Source: Desulfocapsa sulfexigens DSM 10523 (lineage in GTDB: Bacteria > Desulfobacterota > Desulfobulbia > Desulfobulbales > Desulfocapsaceae). Taken from it: DNA of 32,000 bases. The position numbers were made by a program, and so were the translations under genes. The notes beneath the pieces were generated by a model. That model was not told the DNA's origin and searched no databases. It saw only the letters and a program-made list of their open reading frames with translations. The stretch lies in assembly GCF_000341395.1 (NCBI RefSeq), contig NC_020304.1:3030001-3062000 (forward strand). The letters run 5' to 3'. This document shows positions 24,872 through 32,000 of the stretch, in pieces (positions within the stretch are counted from its first letter, which is position 1; the number at the start of each line of letters is the position of its first letter).

Positions 24872-25740
24872 TGAGACACTTCATTTTTCAGGCATGTTCT
24901 CTTCTCTTTTCTATCTTTATCACCTGTTGTGTTGAGAGTGTAGCTGCTCTATATCCCAACGGTGAGGTTATCGATGATGTGGTAACGACCATATATACGG
25001 GTGGTGAAAAGCTTAAATACAAAATTTCGTGGACCGGCGGTGTTAAGATAGGTGAGCTTCAGCTGGAAGTTCAGAGACAGGCTGATGATGAAAATGTTTT
25101 TGAGTTAAAGGCGGTGGTAAAGGACTCTGGCATGTTTCATTTTTTTTATCCGGTAAATGATGTATTTCTCACAAGGGTAGCTGGTGATAAGCGGCTTCCC
25201 GTGAGCTATGAGGTGACCCAGAAAGAGGGCAGAAATTACAAGGCCAGACGGTATACCGAATACAATCAGCAGGCTGGGACAGTACGTTATCAGAAGAACA
25301 CGAAGGATCCGGTTGAGTATACTGTTGACGGAGAGGTTCACAATGAGTTCTCTTCGTTCTTTTTTACCCGTAGTATGAAACTTGAACGGGATTATCCGGT
25401 AATTGTTCCAACCTTTGCAGATGGCAAACGACATGAGGTCATAGTCCGTGTGGGGGCTGAAACCAGGATAAAAAAAACAATCCTTGGCGATGTTAATGTG
25501 TTACCTGTGACCCCCCTGATGGGATTTAAAGGACTTTATGACAAGGCTGGTGCTACCGTCATCTGGCTCACCAACGATGAATGCCGGATACCTGTCCGTA
25601 TTAGATCCAGAATCCTTCTAGGATCACTTACTGCAGAACTGCTTTCATATTCAAATCCCCATTGTGGTGATCAGAGTGAATATCATAAGAAAATACCTGC
25701 GAGTGTAGAAAAACTGCCGGAACTTGAAATGGGAGACTGA
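24868..25740 (+). CDS. Secreted hypothetical protein, DUF3108-like
   Basis: It has a signal peptide (FQACSLLFSIFITCCV) and the beta-rich pattern LKYKISWTGGVKIGELQLEV. The start overlaps the previous stop (ATGATGA). The family name is from memory only. Confidence 0.45.
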   Translation: MMRHFIFQACSLLFSIFITCCVESVAALYPNGEVIDDVVTTIYTGGEKLKYKISWTGGVKIGELQLEVQRQADDENVFELKAVVKDSGMFHFFYPVNDVFLTRVAGDKRLPVSYEVTQKEGRNYKARRYTEYNQQAGTVRYQKNTKDPVEYTVDGEVHNEFSSFFFTRSMKLERDYPVIVPTFADGKRHEVIVRVGAETRIKKTILGDVNVLPVTPLMGFKGLYDKAGATVIWLTNDECRIPVRIRSRILLGSLTAELLSYSNPHCGDQSEYHKKIPASVEKLPELEMGD

Positions 25741-25862
25741 AATTCCCATAGTCCCTTTTCTTGTGTTGATTATATCCACAAAGTGTTTATATTCTGCCAC
25801 GCAAAGCACGAAGTTGAACTTGAAGATAAATATAACATAAATTGATATTTGAGGAGAATAGC

Positions 25863-26510
25863 ATGAAACTTATTCTTTTGGGCGCTCCTGGCGCTGGTAA
25901 AGGTACTGTAGCAAAATTACTCACCGCCATTGATGGCTCTGTCCAGATTTCCACCGGAGATATTCTTCGTGGTGCTGTTACTGCAGGTACTGACCTTGGT
26001 AAAGAGGCTGAAGGATATATGAGCCGTGGCGATCTTGTTCCAGACTCACTTATTATGGGAATCATGGAAAGCCGTCTTCAGGAACCTGATTGTGCCAACG
26101 GCTTTTTGCTCGATGGCTTCCCACGTACCATTCCACAGGCTGAAGAGCTTACCGCCCTTCTCGAAAAACTTGGTATTAAACTTGATATGGCCGTTGAAAT
26201 TGACGTGCCCAAGGATATCATTCTTGACAGACTTTGTACCCGTCGTACTTGTGAAAATCCCGATTGTCAGGCCATTTACAATGTGAAGTCCAATCCTCCA
26301 AAAGTAGAAGGGATTTGTGACAAATGTGGAGCCAGGGCCATACAGCGTGAAGATGAGACCGAAGAGGCAATCAGCCACCGTCTTGCTACCTATAATGAGA
26401 AGACAGCACCTCTTATCGGTTTTTACAAAAAGGCAGGATTGCTTCTCAGCGTTCCAGCCACTTCAAGTGATGCTGTAATTGCTGCTGTAAAAGAAAAGCT
26501 TAGTCTGTAA
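25863..26510 (+). CDS. adk: Adenylate kinase (long form with Cys4 zinc lid)
   Basis: MKLILLGAPGAGKGT is the P-loop, and the lid reads CTRRTCENPDCQ...CDKCG. GAGGAG lies 7 nt upstream of ATG 25863. Confidence 0.92.
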   Translation: MKLILLGAPGAGKGTVAKLLTAIDGSVQISTGDILRGAVTAGTDLGKEAEGYMSRGDLVPDSLIMGIMESRLQEPDCANGFLLDGFPRTIPQAEELTALLEKLGIKLDMAVEIDVPKDIILDRLCTRRTCENPDCQAIYNVKSNPPKVEGICDKCGARAIQREDETEEAISHRLATYNEKTAPLIGFYKKAGLLLSVPATSSDAVIAAVKEKLSL

Positions 26511-26589
26511 ACTATTGCTGGTGTTTTGGTAACGGGGGATGGAGAACCACAGGTTTTCTCTCCCCCTTCTTTATGTTAAGGAGGTATTG

Positions 26590-27486
26590 ATGAGCGAATC
26601 AGTATTGGAAACAAATTATGAAGGTCTCGAGCTTGTACATCGTGGAAAAGTACGGGATATGTACGCAATACCTGGGCATGATGACAAACTGTTGATGGTA
26701 GCAACTGATCGTATTTCTGCTTTCGATGTGGTAATTGATGCAATTCCAGGCAAGGGAAAAGTATTAACACAACTGTCCCTCTTCTGGTTTGATCTGCTTG
26801 GTGATGTCGTAGATAACCATCTCATTACAGCCGATGTCAGCGAATATCCGGAGGCCTGCCAGCCATATGCTGCCGAGCTTGATGGTCGGTCAATGCTTGT
26901 CCACAAAACACAGCCTTTGAGTGTTGAATGTATTGTCCGAGGATACATTTCCGGATCATTTTGGAAGGCCTACCAGAAAAATACAACAGTCTGCGGCTTT
27001 GCCTTTCCTGACGACCTGCAGGAATCAGACAAATTGCCTGAGGTGATTTTTACTCCTTCAACAAAGGCTGATCTTGGTGATCACGATGAGAATATTTCAG
27101 TGAATACCATGGAAGAGCTTCTTGGTAAGGAAATGACCCGGAAAATTTCTGATATCAGTATTGAACTGTATAGCAGGGCTGCTGATTTTGCACGATCGAA
27201 AGGAATTATCATCGCTGATACTAAGTTTGAACTGGGACTTCTCGGAGAAGAGAAAAAACTTATACTTATCGATGAGGTTCTGACTCCTGATTCTTCACGA
27301 TTCTGGCCACTCGATCAGTATAAACCTGGGAAAGGGCAACCAAGTTTCGATAAACAGTTTTTACGTGATTACCTGTCGTCACTTGATTGGGATAAGAATC
27401 CTCCGGCTCCTAAAGTTCCCCAGGATATTATAGATAAAACCAAGGCACGTTACGAAGAAGCACTGGAAAAAATCACCAAAGGCTGA
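26590..27486 (+). CDS. purC: Phosphoribosylaminoimidazole-succinocarboxamide (SAICAR) synthase
   Basis: YEGLELVHRGKVRDMYAI, LLMVATDRISAFD and IIIADTKFELG are present. AAGGAGG lies upstream of ATG 26590. Confidence 0.9.
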   Translation: MSESVLETNYEGLELVHRGKVRDMYAIPGHDDKLLMVATDRISAFDVVIDAIPGKGKVLTQLSLFWFDLLGDVVDNHLITADVSEYPEACQPYAAELDGRSMLVHKTQPLSVECIVRGYISGSFWKAYQKNTTVCGFAFPDDLQESDKLPEVIFTPSTKADLGDHDENISVNTMEELLGKEMTRKISDISIELYSRAADFARSKGIIIADTKFELGLLGEEKKLILIDEVLTPDSSRFWPLDQYKPGKGQPSFDKQFLRDYLSSLDWDKNPPAPKVPQDIIDKTKARYEEALEKITKG

Positions 27487-27494
27487 TTTTGGTA

Positions 27495-27527
27495 TCAGGC
27501 AGGCACTCACAGGGAGTGTCTGCCTGA
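27495..27527. terminator. Bidirectional hairpin terminator between convergent purC and the sensor kinase gene
   Basis: TCAGGCAGGCACTC (27495-27508) pairs with GAGTGTCTGCCTGA (27514-27527), giving a 14-bp stem with one mismatch. The flanks are T/A-rich. Confidence 0.55.
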
Positions 27528-27555
27528 ATCAGAATCTAAATCTCCATATCCTACC

Positions 27556-29883
27556 TTATCTTGCAACCAGTTTGTCAATAATCGCTATCAGCTGCTTAAA
27601 TGGAATGGGTTTGGTCAGGTAGCCATCCATTCCAGCAAGTTTACATTTTTGCTCGAAATCTGTTGTCGCCTGTGCTGTGAGTGCAATAATGGGGACGGAA
27701 AATTTGCCGGTTTCTTTTTCTTTCTTCCTGATAATCTCTGTGGCATCCAGACCGTTCAGAACCGGCATCTGGATATCCATTAGGATGATATCCGCATGGT
27801 TTTTTTCCATGAGATCAATCAGTTCCTGTCCGTTTTCGCACACAGTAACATCACACCCCTGTTCTTCTAGGTAGGCAGAAATTAAACGCTGGTTGATGAA
27901 TTCATCTTCAGCTAGAAAAACTCGAATTCCCAGTAGTTTTTTTAAGGGAGCGGTCGGGATGTTTTTTGTTTGTATCTCTGGCTCCTCTTTTCTGTCAATG
28001 TCGCAGAGTATGGTGAAATGAAATGTTGATCCTTTTTCGTTACTTTCACCAAGCCACAGCCGGCCACGCATGTGTTCAACAAATTCTGCACTTATGGCAA
28101 GGCCAAGGCCTATTCCATCGATGACTCGTTCTTTTTCGATATCCCCTCGATTGAATGCATCAAAGATTGTTTGTCTCGCTGTATCGGAAACGCCAATGCC
28201 ACTATCCCTCACAGTGAAGAGAAGTTCTACTTCTGTTTCTGAAGGGGTGGATTGTAGGGCTACGTTTAACTCAATAGTACCCTGTTTGCTGAATTTAATA
28301 CTGTTGCCTATAAGGTTGATCAGAATTTGTCTGATTCGACCTCCATCCCCAATGAGTTTGTCAGGGATATCACTTTCCAGGGTGGAAGTAATAAGGATGT
28401 CTTTGTCATTAGTCTGAATACGCATTAATGTAACCACTTCAGTGATAACTTGAGAGAGGGAGAAGGGGGCGTGGTGTAGGTGGAATTTTCCCGATTCTAT
28501 ATGGGAAAGATCAAGGATTGAGTCAACAACAGTCTGAAGTTGTTGGCCTGAAACCTTTGCCATTGACAGTAACTGTTTCTGTTCAGTACTGAGAGATCCT
28601 TTTTCGAACATGTCAAAGATTGCCAGAAGAGCATGGAGAGGTGATCGTATTTCATGACTCATGTTGGCGAGAAATATAGATTTTGCCTGATTGGCTTTTT
28701 CTGCATTAACCTTTGCTTGGATAGCTGATTTTTCCTCGTTCCTCCGTCTCTTAACCTCTTCCTCTAGAGAACTGTTTGCCTCCTGGAGTCTCAGATTCAA
28801 AGTATTCATGGCATTTGCCAGCTTCTGGAATTCGGTATCTGCGGGTGGGGAAATAATAATGTTTTTTCCCTGCAACAGAGTGGTGGATTCGTTGGCAAGA
28901 AGCTGCAAAGGTTCTATTATCTTTTTATTGGTTGTCCAGCCAACAAGTGTCGAGAGGAGGAGGAGTAACAGAATGAAAAATCCTAACAGAAGGAAAGATG
29001 GTTTTTCGGAACTGCCGGATTTGAGGGCTTCAATTTTTGCGACAATATGGAAAAGTTCGCCGTGAAAATCTAGAGAGGACATTGCGGAGACATAGGATGT
29101 GTTGTCTATAACTACGGTGCCGTTCCACTGCTGATCAGAAGGAAAAGAAGTGGGTGATGAACTATTTTGAGGGGTCTGGGAAAGAACTTTTCCATCCTTA
29201 CTCAAAATGAGAACATTGATGTCAGGAGGAAGAATGCTTTTCTGCAGGAATTGCTGCAATTGGTCATAGGGTAGAAGGGCGGAAAGAACACCAGCAACAG
29301 ATGAATTGTTAAGAAATTTTACAGGTTGACAAATTGCTAGCACCGGGAAAGTGCCATCTTCTATAGTCAGCTGAGTAACATAGGGTTTCCCGGAATGGTA
29401 AGGAGTTTGAAAGAGTGCAGGGTTTTGAGTCAGGCAGGGAGGGGGAGGGATCTTCTCAATTGTATTATTGGAAACCTGATTCCTGATAATGCCGTCGGAA
29501 TCATAAAACACAATGGAAGAGAATGCTGAGTTACTATCTGTCAGAGTGGCGAGGAGATCATGTCGTTGATACTCTTTAGGGGCAATGTGTTCGATCTGCC
29601 GACCTATCAGTTCAAGACCATGGAGATTTCTATTGAGGAAAAGAGCTAACTGGCTTTTTATTTTTTTTGTAACACCTTGCAGCTGCAGTCTTACATGGGT
29701 GTCTCTGGTTTGATGATTTTGATGAAGAAAAAATACACCCATGAGCAACGCTTGTATAAGGGTTACGGCAATAAAAATAGAAAGTATGCGGGTGCGTATT
29801 GTTGTGTGCATCAGTGGATGATTCAAGAACCAGCCTTTTTGTGAATTTGAAAAGCATAAACGTTTGGTCATTATACCTAACAA
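27556..29883 (-). CDS. Hybrid sensor histidine kinase / response regulator with a periplasmic sensor domain
   Basis: It has two TM segments flanking a sensor region of about 260 aa, then a HAMP-like coiled coil and the H-box MSHEIRSPLHAL. The N/G boxes are NLIGNSIKFS, RDSGIGV and GIGLGLAIS. The C-terminal REC domain has FLAEDEFINQ and ILMDIQMPVLNG. The start codon is uncertain (candidate Met codons at 29883, 29871 and 29811). Confidence 0.85.
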   Translation of the reverse strand: MLGIMTKRLCFSNSQKGWFLNHPLMHTTIRTRILSIFIAVTLIQALLMGVFFLHQNHQTRDTHVRLQLQGVTKKIKSQLALFLNRNLHGLELIGRQIEHIAPKEYQRHDLLATLTDSNSAFSSIVFYDSDGIIRNQVSNNTIEKIPPPPCLTQNPALFQTPYHSGKPYVTQLTIEDGTFPVLAICQPVKFLNNSSVAGVLSALLPYDQLQQFLQKSILPPDINVLILSKDGKVLSQTPQNSSSPTSFPSDQQWNGTVVIDNTSYVSAMSSLDFHGELFHIVAKIEALKSGSSEKPSFLLLGFFILLLLLLSTLVGWTTNKKIIEPLQLLANESTTLLQGKNIIISPPADTEFQKLANAMNTLNLRLQEANSSLEEEVKRRRNEEKSAIQAKVNAEKANQAKSIFLANMSHEIRSPLHALLAIFDMFEKGSLSTEQKQLLSMAKVSGQQLQTVVDSILDLSHIESGKFHLHHAPFSLSQVITEVVTLMRIQTNDKDILITSTLESDIPDKLIGDGGRIRQILINLIGNSIKFSKQGTIELNVALQSTPSETEVELLFTVRDSGIGVSDTARQTIFDAFNRGDIEKERVIDGIGLGLAISAEFVEHMRGRLWLGESNEKGSTFHFTILCDIDRKEEPEIQTKNIPTAPLKKLLGIRVFLAEDEFINQRLISAYLEEQGCDVTVCENGQELIDLMEKNHADIILMDIQMPVLNGLDATEIIRKKEKETGKFSVPIIALTAQATTDFEQKCKLAGMDGYLTKPIPFKQLIAIIDKLVAR

Positions 29884-30097
29884 AGGAAGAAAGTCGAATA
29901 AAAACAGTTGAAGAAGGTGGTGGGGGAATGGGGACTTACTTTATAAAGGTGGTGCATGAAGAGTTGTTTTTTTATAGAGTGAAGTAGAGAGTTTCTGAAA
30001 ATTCACCTTATATGCAAATGGCACCATGAAATTTGCTGTTGCTCTGTCTAGGTTCTTGATAAAAGATTTTATCCCCATTCACAACTAGGAATGTGTT

Positions 30098-32000
30098 ATG
30101 ACAAATCCTGTTTTTATGGAAATCAATACTCGTAAGTGTTTTCATGCGAATGGTAAGGAGTATAGCTTCTATTCACTTCCTGCGTTGCAAAAAGTCGGCT
30201 TTGAAAACATAGATCGTTTGCCCTTCTCCATTCGCATACTTCTTGAAAATCAGTTGCGTCACCTCAGCAAGGGGATGGTAACCGAAGAAAATATTATTAA
30301 CCTGGCATCCTGGCGTCCAGAGACACGGGAATTGCAGTCCATTCCATTTATGCCAGGGCGCGTTGTTTTGCAGGATTTTACCGGCGTTCCAGCAGTTGTT
30401 GACTTGGCAGCTCTTCGATCTGCCTTTGCCAGGCAGGGGAGAGATCCAGAAAAGATGAATCCTTTTATTCCAGCCGATCTCATAATTGACCACTCCATTC
30501 AAGTTGATCGCTCTGGTGATAAAAATGCTCTCTCCTATAATGTACACCAGGAATTTGCACGAAACCGTGAACGCTATACTATGCTTCGTTGGGGGCAGAA
30601 GGCTTTCTCAAATTTCCATGTCATACCACCGGGCACAGGAATTGTGCATCAGGTCAACCTTGAGTATCTTGCTTCCGTAGTCCGGGTTCAAGGGAAGGGC
30701 AGAGAGGCAATGGCTTATTCAGATACTGTCATCGGGACAGACTCACATACAACAATGATTAACGGTCTTGGGGTTCTTGGGTGGGGAGTTGGAGGTATTG
30801 AGGCAGAGGCTGTACTCCTGGGACAACCATATTCCATGCAGATTCCGGAAGTTGTTGGGGTGAAATTGATAGGCAGGTTGAAGGAAGGAATAACAGCAAC
30901 TGATCTTGTACTTACTATTACCGAGTTTTTACGTAGTAAGGGAGTTGTTGGCAGGTTTGTCGAATTTGTTGGTTCTGGTGCAGAACAGCTTAGCCTCTCG
31001 GATAGGGCAACTATCGCGAATATGGCTCCGGAATACGGAGCAACGATGGGCTTTTTCCCTGTTGACCAGGAAACACTTCGATATCTCTCTGCAAGCGGCA
31101 GGAGCTCAAGGCTGGTTACCCTTGTGGAGAGATATAATAAGGAGCAGGGTCTTTTTCTCTCCCAGACCACTCCGGAGCCAGAGTACAGTGTTGTGTATGA
31201 GATCCAGCTCGATCGAGTTGGAACAAGTCTCGCAGGCCCGCGTAAACCTCAGGAACGGATACCATTGTCAGCCATGAGTGAATCCTTTAAGGCTCTGTTG
31301 ACAGATAGAGTTACAGAGGATGATGGAGTGAAAGCTGGCAGTTGTGACCACGATGCTGAAGGTCGCTTTGAAAAAAATGGTGACCAGCTACCTATCAAAG
31401 ATGGTTCTGTGGTAATTGCAGCGATCACCAGTTGTACCAATACATCAAATCCTGCAGTTATGATTGGAGCAGGACTTCTTGCTCAAAAGGCTGCAGAACA
31501 AGGATTGCAGACAAAGCCATGGGTGAAAACCAGCATGGCACCTGGCTCCATGGTTGTCAGTCATTACCTTGAAAAAAGCGGACTTTTGAGTCCATTGGAA
31601 CATTTTGGGTTTCATGTTGTCGGTTACGGATGCACTACCTGTATTGGTAACAGCGGTCCACTTGATACTAAAATGTCTGATGTTATAAAGGATAAAGAGT
31701 TGCTGGTTGCTGCGGTCTTAAGTGGCAACCGGAATTTCGAAGCCCGTATCCATCCCCTGGTTCATGCTAATTATCTTTGTTCACCACAGCTCGTTGTTGC
31801 TTATGCAATTGCGGGCACGGTTATGATCGATTTTGACAGTCAACCTCTTGGAAGAAAACCGGATGGAACTCCTGTGTATCTTCGTGATATCTGGCCAAGC
31901 AATAAAGAAATCGAGACATTGGTGGCTGAGGTAGTCACACCCGCCTTGTTTACAGCAGGTTACGAAAATGTTTTCTCTGGTAACGAAACATGGAATGATC
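30098..32000 (+). CDS. acnA: Aconitate hydratase A (partial, continues past the window end)
   Basis: The frame is open from ATG 30098 to the window end. It contains LPFSIRILLEN, PGRVVLQDFTGVPAVVDLAA, GTDSHTTMINGLGVLGWGVGGIEAEA, SCTNTSNP, GCTTCIGNSG and SGNRNFEARIHP. Confidence 0.92.
   Translation, partial: MTNPVFMEINTRKCFHANGKEYSFYSLPALQKVGFENIDRLPFSIRILLENQLRHLSKGMVTEENIINLASWRPETRELQSIPFMPGRVVLQDFTGVPAVVDLAALRSAFARQGRDPEKMNPFIPADLIIDHSIQVDRSGDKNALSYNVHQEFARNRERYTMLRWGQKAFSNFHVIPPGTGIVHQVNLEYLASVVRVQGKGREAMAYSDTVIGTDSHTTMINGLGVLGWGVGGIEAEAVLLGQPYSMQIPEVVGVKLIGRLKEGITATDLVLTITEFLRSKGVVGRFVEFVGSGAEQLSLSDRATIANMAPEYGATMGFFPVDQETLRYLSASGRSSRLVTLVERYNKEQGLFLSQTTPEPEYSVVYEIQLDRVGTSLAGPRKPQERIPLSAMSESFKALLTDRVTEDDGVKAGSCDHDAEGRFEKNGDQLPIKDGSVVIAAITSCTNTSNPAVMIGAGLLAQKAAEQGLQTKPWVKTSMAPGSMVVSHYLEKSGLLSPLEHFGFHVVGYGCTTCIGNSGPLDTKMSDVIKDKELLVAAVLSGNRNFEARIHPLVHANYLCSPQLVVAYAIAGTVMIDFDSQPLGRKPDGTPVYLRDIWPSNKEIETLVAEVVTPALFTAGYENVFSGNETWND

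Noticed and set aside
25760-25800. Sigma-70-like promoter (TTGATT-N16/17-TATATT) upstream of adk
   Set aside because: It is plausible, but AT-rich intergenic DNA gives many such matches. It was not reported as a feature without transcript data.
1-32000. CRISPR arrays, rRNA genes and prophage structural genes
   Set aside because: No regularly spaced short repeats, no rRNA-like conserved stretches and no capsid, terminase or tail-like ORFs were seen on either strand.

Overview
The window has two parts. Part A (about 2.1-15.1 kb) is an AT-rich accessory island between a TolC/membrane-fusion efflux operon and tRNA-Glu(CUC). Part B (15.2-32 kb) is ordinary core genome: flavoprotein, malQ, an RpoD-like sigma factor, a futalosine-pathway menaquinone cluster, adk, purC, a hybrid histidine kinase and acnA. 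I read the island as a decayed chromosomal integron. It has a 5'-truncated, multiply frameshifted integron-integrase gene on the + strand and at least two structurally classic attC sites. Its cargo genes are all on the - strand, pointing away from intI. One attC is interrupted by a group IIC intron in the orientation and at the TTGT|T position recalled for attC-specific IIC introns. The cargo looks defence-oriented. It includes an apparently complete retron: PRTase-like gene, small winged-helix-like gene, msr/msd with a1/a2 repeats and a 26-bp perfect msd stem, and a retron-type RT. It also includes a SIR2 + HerA-like pair in which HerA is cut off before Walker B by an IS66 end. That IS66 copy is itself truncated next to a RAYT/IS200-like gene flanked by perfect 16-bp inverted repeats. 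Three uncharacterised membrane-protein modules are present, one translationally coupled to a 60-aa highly acidic protein. Two 138-bp direct repeats (128/138 identical) bracket 7.26 kb of the island. Each lies directly 5' of a minus-strand module and ends in an attI-like TAAC-N3-GTT junction. No CRISPR array and no rRNA were seen. All calls rest on reading the sequence and ORF translations by eye; no searches were run.
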